Assembly: GCA_965248575.1 (NCBI GenBank)
Contig: CBDFJQ010000002.1
Location: forward strand, 2,016,001 to 2,080,000
Source: Planctomycetota bacterium
GTDB lineage: Bacteria > Planctomycetota > B15-G4
DNA length: 64,000 nucleotides
Reading direction: 5' to 3'
This document shows, one piece after another, positions 36,850 to 46,346 of the stretch. A program made the translations under genes and the position numbers. The notes under the pieces are model-generated. The model saw only the letters and a list, made by a program, of their open reading frames with translations. It ran no database searches and was not told the DNA's origin. The stretch's first letter is position 1. Each line of letters opens with the position of its first letter.

Positions 36850-37724
36850 CCTTCGGCCTCCTCGGACTCGCCCTGTGAGAGCACCGTGTAGAACACGTAG
36901 CTCACGATGAGCACCACCAGGAAGTACATCAGCGAGAAGGCCGCAGCCGGGCCCAGGTCGAACTGCCCCACAGCGAGGCGCGTGAGGTGCTGGCTCAGGA
37001 AGGTCGTGGCATTGCCCGGGCCCCCGCCTGTCAAGACGAATGGTTCGGTGTAGATCATGAAGCTGTCCATGAACCGCAGCAGCAAGGCGATGGTCAGCAC
37101 GCTGCGCAAGCGCGGGAGCTCGACGAATCGGAACAACGCCCACGGAGACGCACCGTCGATGGCTGCCGCTTGCCGGAAGGCGTCGGGCACGGCACGCAAG
37201 CCGGCGAATGCGAGCAGGGCGATCAGGGGCGTCCAGTGCCAGACATCCATCACCAGCACCGTGAGCCAGGCATGAGTCGGGTCGAGCGTGGCGTTGTAGT
37301 CGACGCCCAGTGCCCCCATCGCGACGCCACCCAGACCGATGTCGGTGCGCGTGAAGATCTGCCAGATGGTGCCCACGACATTCCAGGGCACGAGCAAGGG
37401 CAGGGCCACGATCACCATGGCCAGCGAGGAGGCCCAGCCCCGAATGGGCATGGCCTTCGCAAGCAGCACGCCCAAGGGGAGCTCGATCAACAACACGCTC
37501 AGGCTGAACACCAACTGCCGGCCAAAGGCGCCGTGCAGCTCCGGGTCCCGCAGGGCGAGGCGGAACCACTCCCAGCCCACGAACACCCGCCGCTCCGGTG
37601 AGAGGATGTCCTGCACGGAGTAGTTGACCACCGTCATGAGCGGCACGACGGCACTGAAGGCCACCACCAACAGCACCGGTGTGACCAACAACCAAGCCCG
37701 GCCTTGCCTGCGCTGGGTCCTCAA
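36846..37724 (-). CDS. Carbohydrate ABC transporter permease (first permease of the glycerol ABC system)
   Basis: 'PLMTVVNYSVQD', 'MDVWHWTPL', 'LLRFMDSFMIYTEPFVLTGGGPG'. Confidence 0.9.
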   Translation of the reverse strand: MRTQRRQGRAWLLVTPVLLVVAFSAVVPLMTVVNYSVQDILSPERRVFVGWEWFRLALRDPELHGAFGRQLVFSLSVLLIELPLGVLLAKAMPIRGWASSLAMVIVALPLLVPWNVVGTIWQIFTRTDIGLGGVAMGALGVDYNATLDPTHAWLTVLVMDVWHWTPLIALLAFAGLRAVPDAFRQAAAIDGASPWALFRFVELPRLRSVLTIALLLRFMDSFMIYTEPFVLTGGGPGNATTFLSQHLTRLAVGQFDLGPAAAFSLMYFLVVLIVSYVFYTVLSQGESEEAEG

Positions 37725-38926
37725 GAGGAAGCGCCCTCGACGGGAGCAGCATGCTTCAAGGGCACCGCCTGTCCGTTGGCGAAGAGCCGCACATCCTTCA
37801 ACGGGAGTGCCACCCGGACCTCCGTGCCGACCGACACCTGGATGTCGCCGTCCGTCTCCATGACGAAGCTCGTCTCGCCCAGCTCGAGACCGAGCAATCG
37901 TCGGTGCCCAAGGTCTTCTTGTCGCACGACGACGGCTGACACTTCCAGGTGGAGCTCGCTCATGCCCTCCGCCCAGCGAATTCGATCGGGGCGGATCCCC
38001 AGCTGAAGTGCTGCGGCGCCGGCAGCCGAAGCCGCCTCCGCCGAAGGGCGTTCGCTTTCCAAGTCCCTTTCCAGTTCCAGGTCCCAGGGCTCAAGCGACA
38101 GCGACTGCCGAGAACCCAGCAATCGTGCCGAGCTGCGCGGTGCCCCCCGGGCAGACTCAGTCGACGGGGGCGCAAGAGCCAGCAGGTTCATGCCGGGGCT
38201 CCCGATCAGCTGCCCCACCCGCGTGTTGTTGGGCTGTTCGTGCAGCTCTTCGGGCGACCCCACTTGCAACACGCGCCCCTGCTCCAGCACCACCACCGAT
38301 TCAGCAAGGGTCAGGGCCTCGTCCTGATCGTGGGTCACGTAGATCATGGTGGGTCGCAAGCGTTCCTGCACCTCGGCCAGCCGACGGCGCAGCTTCCAGC
38401 GGATGCTGGGGTCCACCTGCGTCAGCGGCTCGTCCAGCAGGATCGCTGCCACATCCGTGCGCACCAGACCGCGCCCCAGGGAGAGACGTTGGCGGCCATC
38501 CACCGGGAGCCGGCGAGCCGGAAGTTCGAGCGCGGCGTCCAGATCGAGCAGCTGTGCAACCTCGTGCACACGCCCTTGGATCTGGTTCGCAGGCAGCCCC
38601 CGGTTGCGCAAGGGAAAGGCCAGGTTCTGCGCGACGGTCATGGTGTCGTAGACCACGGGAAACTGGAATACCTGTGCCATGTTGCGTGCGCGGGGGGCGG
38701 CATCCGTCACGTCCCGCCCGTCGATGAGCACCCTCCCCGTGGTGGGCTTCAGCAGCCCCGACAGGATCGAAAGCAGGGTGGTCTTGCCGCACCCCGAGGG
38801 CCCCAGCAGCGCATGAGTCACCCCGTCTTCCCACTCCAGATCGAGGGGTTTCAGCGCCCACGTCCGCTCGTCGGCGCCTCGCCCGGCGTAGCTGTGACCG
38901 ACGCCCTGCAACTGGAGACGCGCCAT
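37721..38926 (-). CDS. ABC transporter ATP-binding protein (GlpT-like subunit of the glycerol ABC system)
   Basis: GPSGCGKTT, 'AQVFQFPVVYDTMTV', LLDEPL, YVTHDQ. Confidence 0.9.
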   Translation of the reverse strand: MARLQLQGVGHSYAGRGADERTWALKPLDLEWEDGVTHALLGPSGCGKTTLLSILSGLLKPTTGRVLIDGRDVTDAAPRARNMAQVFQFPVVYDTMTVAQNLAFPLRNRGLPANQIQGRVHEVAQLLDLDAALELPARRLPVDGRQRLSLGRGLVRTDVAAILLDEPLTQVDPSIRWKLRRRLAEVQERLRPTMIYVTHDQDEALTLAESVVVLEQGRVLQVGSPEELHEQPNNTRVGQLIGSPGMNLLALAPPSTESARGAPRSSARLLGSRQSLSLEPWDLELERDLESERPSAEAASAAGAAALQLGIRPDRIRWAEGMSELHLEVSAVVVRQEDLGHRRLLGLELGETSFVMETDGDIQVSVGTEVRVALPLKDVRLFANGQAVPLKHAAPVEGASS

Positions 38927-38928
38927 CG

Positions 38929-40092
38929 CTAGTTTCCGCCCAACCGAGACTCCGCCGCTCCTTTGGAGCGCCTCCCCGGGGAACTGCTCCCGGAGAGCCG
39001 ACGAGGTGCAGCGGCGAGGGAACCCGACGGATGGAACAAGAAGCAGCGAGAGAGGTCCACGTCCACCGTGTACTGCTCGCCGAAGCCAAGCGGGTGAACC
39101 CCAGGCGCCCGGCACAGGACGGGGAGCGGCCCGTGCCGCCCGTGCAACAAGGTGATCGACCCATCGATCTCCGCCAACTCCAGCTGCAGGTCCAGGGCCA
39201 GGTCGTGCGCCGACGTGTTGCTACTGGTGCCGCTACCGGTGCCAGCAACGGTACGGCGCAGACGGTGAGGTCGCACGGCGAGCACATAGGCACCCGGCTC
39301 CTGGGACGCCATGTGCTCGGGCACTGAGAACTCGACCCCCGTCGAGAGCCGCAAGCGACCGGATGCCGCCAACTGCACCGGCCATTCATTGAGCGGCGGT
39401 GCACTCATCAAGCGCGCCACCTCCAGACTCTCGGGATGCTCGTAGAGCGCGCGGGCGCTCCCCGACTGCAGCACCCGCCCTTCATGCATCACCAGGGTCC
39501 GGCCCGCAAACCACAAGGCCTCGGACGGATCATGGGTCGCATAGAGCACGATGTGCTTCCGCTCCCCCTGTGAACTGGAGGGTGAGATGAAGGACTCCCG
39601 GATCTGCTCGCGCAACGCTCCCCGTAGGGAGGCGTCCAGGTTGGCCAACGGCTCGTCCAGGAGCACGACCTCCGCATCGCTCACCAGCGCCCGGGCCAAG
39701 GCGGTGCGCTGCTGCTGCCCCCCGCTCAACTGTTCCGGGAGGCGCTTCAGGAAGTCCGTGAGACCCAACTTGCGGGCGGCGGCGTGCACCTGCTCTCGAA
39801 CCCGTTCGCGCGGCACGCCCTGCGCACGCAGGGGGGAAGCGATGTTCTGCTCCACCGTCAGGGACGGATAGTTCACGAACTGCTGGTAGACCATGGCCAC
39901 CCGCCCGTCGCGCTGCAGCTGGCCGCCGTCGGGCTCGTCCAGCCCAGCCACGACCCGGAGCAGCGACGTCTTGCCGGAGCGGGTCGCCCCAAGCAGGACG
40001 CAGAAACTGCCATCCGGCAGGTCCAGATCCACCCCAGCGAGGTGGACGTCGCCGTCCACGGTCCTGCGGATGCCTGAGAGACGCACGCCCAT
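38929..40092 (-). CDS. ABC transporter ATP-binding protein (GlpS-like)
   Basis: GATRSGKTS, 'MVYQQFVNYP', LSGGQQQR, LLDEPLANLD. Confidence 0.9.
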   Translation of the reverse strand: MGVRLSGIRRTVDGDVHLAGVDLDLPDGSFCVLLGATRSGKTSLLRVVAGLDEPDGGQLQRDGRVAMVYQQFVNYPSLTVEQNIASPLRAQGVPRERVREQVHAAARKLGLTDFLKRLPEQLSGGQQQRTALARALVSDAEVVLLDEPLANLDASLRGALREQIRESFISPSSSQGERKHIVLYATHDPSEALWFAGRTLVMHEGRVLQSGSARALYEHPESLEVARLMSAPPLNEWPVQLAASGRLRLSTGVEFSVPEHMASQEPGAYVLAVRPHRLRRTVAGTGSGTSSNTSAHDLALDLQLELAEIDGSITLLHGRHGPLPVLCRAPGVHPLGFGEQYTVDVDLSRCFLFHPSGSLAAAPRRLSGSSSPGRRSKGAAESRLGGN

Positions 40093-40262
40093 GGATCACC
40101 GAGTGTGCCGTGCAAGCAAGGCGGGCTCCAGCACCGAGGCGCCACGATTCCATGACCCTCGGATTCGAGCACCTGTTACCAGAGTGGGCCACGCACGGCA
40201 GCGCCGCTCAAGTCCTGGCCCAGTGCTGATTCCCGCCTCCCGAAATGATCTCCTGAACGGCC

Positions 40263-40565
40263 ATGAGTGACGGCGCCGACGAGACGACCCCCGAAGGAAC
40301 TCCTGAGGGTCGCGCTGTCTCCCCAGACGCTCGGGGCTATTGGCGTGCCAACCTGCGCCTCGTCACAGCCCTACTCGTGGTCTGGGCGACGGTCTCCTTC
40401 GGCTGCTCGATCGTGTTCGTGGAAGCCCTCAACGAAATCCAATGGGGTGGCTTCCCGCTCGGATTCTGGTTCGCGCAACAGGGCAGTATCTACGTCTTCG
40501 TGCTGCTGCTGATCCTCTACGCGGTGATCTCCGACCGCATGGCGCGCAAGTACGGGGTCGACTGA
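40263..40565 (+). CDS. DUF4212 solute symporter small subunit
   Basis: 'YWRANL', 'GGFPLGFWFAQQGSIYVF'. Confidence 0.9.
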   Translation: MSDGADETTPEGTPEGRAVSPDARGYWRANLRLVTALLVVWATVSFGCSIVFVEALNEIQWGGFPLGFWFAQQGSIYVFVLLLILYAVISDRMARKYGVD

Positions 40566-42257
40566 GTGGACATCCTCAGCTGGACCTACGTCACCGTCGG
40601 CCTGTCCTTCGCGCTCTACATCGGCATCGCCTTCTGGGCGCGGGCCCAAAGCACCAAGGGTTTCTACGTCGCCGGCCAAGGCGTGCCGGCGTTGGCGAAC
40701 GGCATGGCCACGGGTGCCGATTGGATGTCAGCCGCCTCCTTCATCTCCATGGCGGGCCTGATCTCGTTCATGGGCTACACGGGCACCGTGTACCTCATGG
40801 GTTGGACCGGTGGCTATGTGCTCCTGGCCCTGCTGCTCGCTCCCTACCTGCGCAAGTTCGGGCGCTTCACCGTTCCTGATTTCGTGGGCACCCGCTACGA
40901 ATCGAACGGCGCCCGGGTGGTGGCCGTCGTCTGCGCGCTCTTCGTGTCCTTCACCTATGTCTCCGGACAGATGCGCGGGGTGGGGGTCGTCTTCTCGCGC
41001 TTCCTCGAAGTCCCCGTGAACACCGGCGTGATCATCGGCATGGCCTTGGTCTTCGTCTACGCGACCCTGGGCGGCATGCGCGGCATCACCTACACCCAGG
41101 TGGCGCAGTACGTGGTGTTGATCATCGCCTACCTGATACCGGCCGTCGCCATCAGCTGGACCCTGACGGGCAACCCCATTCCGCAACTCGGGTTCGGCGA
41201 CACCTTGCAAGACGGTCGGCACGCTGGGCTCTTCCTGCTGGAAGCCTTGGATGGCATCCACCACGACCTGGGCCTGCCGGAGTACACGGCTGCCTTCGTG
41301 GAGGGCAAGAAGAGCATGGTGGACGTGGGCGCCATCACCCTGGCCTTGATGGTGGGGACTGCGGGGCTGCCGCACGTGCTCATCCGCTTCTACACGGTGA
41401 AGAACGCCCGGGCCGCGCGCTGGAGCGTCATGTGGGCCCTGCTGTTCATCAGCGTGCTCTACACCACGGCCCCCGCCGTGGCCGCCTTCGCCCGGGTGAA
41501 CCTGGTGGACAGTCTGCACGGCAAGGCCTATGCCGAGGTGCCGGACTGGTTCAAGACCTGGGAGGCCACGGAGCTGATCGCCTTCGAAGACAAGGACGGC
41601 GACGGCCTCATCACCTACAGCGGTGACGACTCGCTGAACGAATTGCACGTGGACCGGGACATCATGGTCCTGGCCAATCCGGAGATCGCGCGCCTGCCCG
41701 CCTGGGTCGTGGCACTGGTGGTGGCAGGCGCGTTGGCGGCCGCCCTCTCGACTGCGGCGGGCCTCCTGCTGGTGATCTCCTCGGCGATCTCCCACGACCT
41801 CATCAAGTCCATCTGGGCCCCTGACCTCAGCGAGCGCGATGAGCTGCGCATCGCCCGTTGGGCAGCCGGGTGCGCGGTGGTGGTGGCCGGCATCGTGGGT
41901 ATCTATCCGCCCGGCTTCGTGGCCCAGGTGGTCGCGTTCGCCTTCGGTCTGGCGGCCTCGAGTTTCTTCCCCGTGCTCGTGCTGGGCATCTTCAATCGGC
42001 GCGTCAACAAACAGGGCGCCATCGCCGGCATGCTCAGCGGCTTGCTCTTCACCGCCGGCTACATCGTCTGGTTCCGCTTCGTGCAGCCGGAAGCAGGCGC
42101 CGATCAATGGTGGTTCGGCATCAGCCCGGAGGGCATCGGCTCCCTGGGCATGCTGCTCAACTTCGCCGTGACCCTGAGCGTCAGCGCCATCACGCCGCCG
42201 CCTTCGGCAGAGGTTCGCGCCATGGTGGAAGAGCTGCGCTTGCCGCGCACCTCCTAG
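40566..42257 (+). CDS. Sodium:solute symporter (ActP/VC_2705-like, probable acetate/monocarboxylate uptake)
   Basis: 'NGMATGADWMSAASFISMAG', 'GTAGLPHVLIRFYTV', 'DIMVLANPEIA'. Confidence 0.9.
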   Translation: MDILSWTYVTVGLSFALYIGIAFWARAQSTKGFYVAGQGVPALANGMATGADWMSAASFISMAGLISFMGYTGTVYLMGWTGGYVLLALLLAPYLRKFGRFTVPDFVGTRYESNGARVVAVVCALFVSFTYVSGQMRGVGVVFSRFLEVPVNTGVIIGMALVFVYATLGGMRGITYTQVAQYVVLIIAYLIPAVAISWTLTGNPIPQLGFGDTLQDGRHAGLFLLEALDGIHHDLGLPEYTAAFVEGKKSMVDVGAITLALMVGTAGLPHVLIRFYTVKNARAARWSVMWALLFISVLYTTAPAVAAFARVNLVDSLHGKAYAEVPDWFKTWEATELIAFEDKDGDGLITYSGDDSLNELHVDRDIMVLANPEIARLPAWVVALVVAGALAAALSTAAGLLLVISSAISHDLIKSIWAPDLSERDELRIARWAAGCAVVVAGIVGIYPPGFVAQVVAFAFGLAASSFFPVLVLGIFNRRVNKQGAIAGMLSGLLFTAGYIVWFRFVQPEAGADQWWFGISPEGIGSLGMLLNFAVTLSVSAITPPPSAEVRAMVEELRLPRTS

Positions 42258-42300
42258 GGCACTGCAGCAGCTGCTCGGGAGTGGGCTCCGGGGGCGTCCT

Positions 42301-43710
42301 TCAGAGCGGCAACACCCAGACGTTCCGATAGCTCACGGCATCCCCATGATCCTGGAGCAGCAGCGGGCCCCGTGCCGCTTCAAGTTCCGACACGCCCCCC
42401 GCCGTGCTGCGATCCACCACGACATCGTCATGGATCAGCAAACCGTTGTGCCACACCCGGAGTTTCGCAGACGCCGTCTTCGATCCATCGTTTGCGAAGC
42501 GCGGGGCCGTGAAGCGGATGTCATACGCCTGCCAGCGACCCGGAGGGCGACAGGCTTGGACCCGCGGCACGTGCAGACCGTAGATGGCCCCGCAGGTGTT
42601 GGCCTGCGGTTCCTGTTGGAAGGAATCCAGCACCTGCACCTCGTAACGCCCCTGGATGTAGACGCCGCTGTTCCCGCGGGCCTGGCCCACGTCCCCCTCC
42701 TCCAAGGGGGTCCTGAACTCCACGTGCACGAGGGCGTCCCCGAAGCTATCGAGCGAGAGGGCGTCGCCAGCGCCCGGGGTCAGCCCCGCCGCCCCCTCGT
42801 CCACCCGGCGCCAGGACGCAGCAACTGCCCCGCGTCCGGTCCACGAACCCGGGACGACCTGGCCCGCGGAGTCGATCAGCTGAACAGCCCTTTCCGGGGG
42901 CGGAGCCGCGAGGTCGGGCCCGTCGATGGCCCAGGCCAGGCTGCCCAGGACATGCTCGAGATAGGCGGTGTCTTGCCAAAGCTGCTCGCCGTGCCCCAAG
43001 GCGGAATAGAAGACGCGCCCGAGACCGTAGTCCCGCCACCACGCCACGGGATAGCGACCGTCTGCGCGCTTGCCGAGCGATGCCTGCACGGAGTCCGTGT
43101 CGAGTTCGAGCACGACGCGCAGGGCATCCCCCTCGTTGTCCCGGAACTGGTAGATCTCATCTCGGATCCCCCAGCTCGCCCCCAGATGACTGCTGGCCGG
43201 GTGCAGCGGGTCGAGCACCCGCAGCTTCACGTCCTGATGCCACGGATGTCCGTCGAAGGTCCCTCCCACCATCTCCAGGTAGGGCGGAAACTCGTAGAAG
43301 GTGTCGCTGGCACAGTGCAGCCCCACGAAGGCTCCGCCCATGCGCACCCAAGCCAGGAGCGCTTCGCGGTCTTCAGCGGCAACGGGCAACTCCCCGGTTG
43401 TGTAGAAGACCACGGCATCGAAGTCCGCCAGCCCTTCGGCCGTGAGCAGCCCGCAATCCTGGGAGGCCGTCAGCTCGAACTGTCCGTCGGCCGCAGCCCG
43501 CAGCGCCGCTTCTGCCGTGGACAAGGTCGAGGGCTCCGGCCGTTGGACCACGCCGTGGCGGTAGCCGGCCGAATGGGTCAGGAAGAGCACCTGGGGACGA
43601 TCACCGGGACGAGCGCCGCCCTCAGCTGAGAGCTGCTCTCCTTCCGGAACGAGCTCCTGAGCAGCAACCGGCAAACAGAGACAAAGGCCCATCAAGACCG
43701 CGAGCAGCAT
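42301..43710 (-). CDS. Secreted ThuA-like + DUF1080 (3-keto-disaccharide hydrolase-like) protein
   Basis: Signal peptide; 'LTHSAGYRH', 'GLHCASD', 'GRVFYSALGH'; 'GNSGVY..GRYEVQVLDS', 'LQDHGDAVSYRNVW'. Confidence 0.85.
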   Translation of the reverse strand: MLLAVLMGLCLCLPVAAQELVPEGEQLSAEGGARPGDRPQVLFLTHSAGYRHGVVQRPEPSTLSTAEAALRAAADGQFELTASQDCGLLTAEGLADFDAVVFYTTGELPVAAEDREALLAWVRMGGAFVGLHCASDTFYEFPPYLEMVGGTFDGHPWHQDVKLRVLDPLHPASSHLGASWGIRDEIYQFRDNEGDALRVVLELDTDSVQASLGKRADGRYPVAWWRDYGLGRVFYSALGHGEQLWQDTAYLEHVLGSLAWAIDGPDLAAPPPERAVQLIDSAGQVVPGSWTGRGAVAASWRRVDEGAAGLTPGAGDALSLDSFGDALVHVEFRTPLEEGDVGQARGNSGVYIQGRYEVQVLDSFQQEPQANTCGAIYGLHVPRVQACRPPGRWQAYDIRFTAPRFANDGSKTASAKLRVWHNGLLIHDDVVVDRSTAGGVSELEAARGPLLLQDHGDAVSYRNVWVLPL

Positions 43711-43904
43711 GGAGTGCGTCCGCCTAAGGGGTTCGAGCCGCGGGGCCACGGTGCCCGCCTGCCGACCCCGTGAGGCTAGCAACAGGCCCCCGATCCTGCT
43801 CAGCCCCGGAGGAGCCCCCTGGGCCGCCGTAAAAGCGTTTCTGAAAAGACACGCAAAGACCTGTTTCCGGCGCTGCTCCCCCGTGTAGACTCCTCCGTTC
43901 GCGC

Positions 43905-43935
43905 AACGCATATTATTCACGGGTATGTGCATACC
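43905..43935. promoter_or_regulatory. ARG-box-like element (aaCGCATATTATTCAcg) plus palindrome GGTATG-TG-CATACC immediately before argG
   Basis: Minus strand reads TGAATAATATGCG, close to the ArgR box core TGAAT-N4-ATTCA; AT-rich patch; no argR in window. Confidence 0.55.
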
Positions 43936-45180
43936 ATGAGCAAGCAAAACAAGCAGATCATCACCCTGGCCTTCTCTGGCGGGCTCGACACCTCCTTCTG
44001 TGCCGCATGGCTTCAACAGGAGCGAGACGCCGACGTCGTCACTTGCTGTGTGGACACCGGAGGCTTCGGGGGCGAGGAAGAGCTGGCCGCCATCGAGGAC
44101 CGCGCCCTCTCTCTGGGAGCCGTGGCGCATCACACGGTCGATGCTCGCCAGGTGGTCTACGAGCGTTTCGTCAGCTACATCATCAAGGGCAACGTCTTGC
44201 GCGGCGGGGTGTACCCGGTGAGCGTCGCCGCAGAGCGCACCGCGCAGGCAGAAGCCGTGGTGGACATCGCCCGCCAGGTCGGTGCGCAGGGTGTGGCCCA
44301 CGGCAGCACGGGGGCCGGCAATGATCAGGTGCGCTTCGACATCGCTCTCGCCACTCTTGCCCCCGAGCTTGCCATCCACGCACCCATCCGCGAACTGGCC
44401 ATGTCACGCGAGCAGGAATCCACCTGGCTCATCGAACACGGTTTCCCCGTCGACGAGAAGGTGATCGCCTACTCCTTCAATGAGGGCCTCTTCGGAACCA
44501 CCATCGGAGGCACCGAAACCCACGATGGTTGGGCCATGCCGCCGGAGAGCGCGTACACCATCACCCGCCCCCAGGAAACGGCAGCCGACACGGCAGAGGA
44601 AGTGGTGCTCGGCTTCGAGCAGGGCTTGCCCGTGAGCCTGGACGGCGAGCGGCTCGGCGGTGTGCAGCTGGTGGGCGCCCTCAACGCCCGCTGCGCAGCC
44701 CACGGCGTGGGCCGGGGCATCCACGTCGGCGACACGATCCTCGGAGTCAAAGGGCGCATCGCCTTCGAAGCGCCAGCCCCCTTGGTGCTCATCACGGCGC
44801 ACCGCGAACTGCAGAAGCTCGTGAGCACCAAGTGGCAGAGCATGGGCTGTGAGCAGGCTGGCTCCAGCTACGGCATGCTGTTGCACGAGGGCCTCTACTA
44901 CGACCCCGCCGTGAGGGACCTTGAAGCCTTGCTGGACAGCGCCAACACCCGGGTCACGGGCGAGGTTCGCGTGCGACTCTTCAAGGGCATGCACACCGTG
45001 GTCGGCGCACGCTCCCCCCACTCCCTGCTTGGCAAGGGCGCCACCTACGGCGAAGGCGCCCTGGGTTGGGATGGCGCCGAGGCCGCCGGCTTCGCCAAGC
45101 TGCACGGCATGCAATCCACCCTGGCCATGCAAGCTCACCAAGCGACCACCGTCGCCCCCCTTCAGGAATCCGAATCATGA
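43936..45180 (+). CDS. argG: Argininosuccinate synthase
   Basis: LAFSGGLDTS, HGSTGAGNDQVRF, 'GVKGRIAFEAPA'. Confidence 0.95.
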   Translation: MSKQNKQIITLAFSGGLDTSFCAAWLQQERDADVVTCCVDTGGFGGEEELAAIEDRALSLGAVAHHTVDARQVVYERFVSYIIKGNVLRGGVYPVSVAAERTAQAEAVVDIARQVGAQGVAHGSTGAGNDQVRFDIALATLAPELAIHAPIRELAMSREQESTWLIEHGFPVDEKVIAYSFNEGLFGTTIGGTETHDGWAMPPESAYTITRPQETAADTAEEVVLGFEQGLPVSLDGERLGGVQLVGALNARCAAHGVGRGIHVGDTILGVKGRIAFEAPAPLVLITAHRELQKLVSTKWQSMGCEQAGSSYGMLLHEGLYYDPAVRDLEALLDSANTRVTGEVRVRLFKGMHTVVGARSPHSLLGKGATYGEGALGWDGAEAAGFAKLHGMQSTLAMQAHQATTVAPLQESES

Positions 45181-46346
45181 AGATCCGCGCCAACAAGATC
45201 GGCAGCGTCGTGCACCGGCTCGGCCTGGGGGCCGAGATCGAGATCAGCCGCATGGTGGATGCGCGCGTGGGTCAGGTCCTGGTGGTCCGGGCCCTGGGCG
45301 AGAAGGCCGTCTATGACGTGCTCGAGCTGACCAGCGGTCGCCTGGCACACATCGGCAAGGGCGACGTGATCGTCGGTGCCTTGGGCCGGCGCGATGCCTT
45401 GCGCGGCTTCGTCGGGCATGTGCCCGACAGCATCAAGGCAGGTGACACGCTCAATGTGTTGAATCTCGGTGGTGTGTTGGGCGTCGTCACCAGCGGCACC
45501 CGGGAGGTGGGCCCTCCGCTCCAGGTGGAGGTGCTGGGCATGGCCGTCCGCAACGGCCGCGGTCTCAACATTGCAGACGCTGCGCTGGGCACGGGGCCCG
45601 AAGCCCAGCAACCCGAGCGCAGTTCCGATGCCACGCCAAGACAGATCCCCCCTGTGGTGGTGGTCTCCGGAACCTGCATGAACGCCGGCAAGACCTACGC
45701 CGCCAGTGAGATCATCGCGCGCCTCACTCAGCGGGGATACGCCTGCGGGGGCATCAAGCTGACGGGCGTGGCCGCCCTGCGCGACACCCTCAACATGGCT
45801 GACCACGGAGCCGTCGCCACCGCCTCCTTCGTGGACTGCGGGATCCCTTCCACGGCCGGCTACGACGACATGCCATCCATCGGCCGGCAACTGCTGCACT
45901 CGCTGGGTGCTGACACCAACACGGAGCTGGACGTGATCGTCGCGGAGCTGGGCGACGGGCTGATCGGTTCCTATGGCGTCGATGCACTGTTGGGCGATGA
46001 CGAGTTCCGGTCCGCCATCAAGGCGCACGTCCTGTGCGCCTCGGATCTCGTGGCGGCCTGGGGCGGGATAGGCTGGATGAAGGAGCAAGGCTTGGCGGTG
46101 GATCTGATCGCGGGGCCTGCCACCGACAATGAAGTGGGGGTGGAGCACATCCGCAACGGCATGGGTGTGCCCGCCATCAACGCCCGTCTGGACCCAAATG
46201 CCCTGGTAGACCTCGTGGAGAAGGTGGCCTTCTCAGGCGCCGGTCCAGCAGCGGCTTCGGCAGCGACCCAGGCGACGGCCAACTCCCCAACCGACAACAC
46301 GTCGAAGACCTCCCACGACGTTTCCGCCGACGGAGCCTCGGCATGA
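45177..46346 (+). CDS. DUF1611/DgcN-like P-loop protein; candidate alternative N-acylglutamate synthase
   Basis: 'SGTCMNAGKT', 'KLTG', 'FVDCGIPST', 'DVIVAELGDGL'; ATGA overlaps with argG and argC. ORF is certain; function is inferred. Confidence 0.7.
   Translation: MKIRANKIGSVVHRLGLGAEIEISRMVDARVGQVLVVRALGEKAVYDVLELTSGRLAHIGKGDVIVGALGRRDALRGFVGHVPDSIKAGDTLNVLNLGGVLGVVTSGTREVGPPLQVEVLGMAVRNGRGLNIADAALGTGPEAQQPERSSDATPRQIPPVVVVSGTCMNAGKTYAASEIIARLTQRGYACGGIKLTGVAALRDTLNMADHGAVATASFVDCGIPSTAGYDDMPSIGRQLLHSLGADTNTELDVIVAELGDGLIGSYGVDALLGDDEFRSAIKAHVLCASDLVAAWGGIGWMKEQGLAVDLIAGPATDNEVGVEHIRNGMGVPAINARLDPNALVDLVEKVAFSGAGPAAASAATQATANSPTDNTSKTSHDVSADGASA

Noticed and set aside
43711..44379. N-terminal extension of the 42301..44379 ORF
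   Set aside because: Overlaps argG antisense; a clear signal peptide begins at 43710
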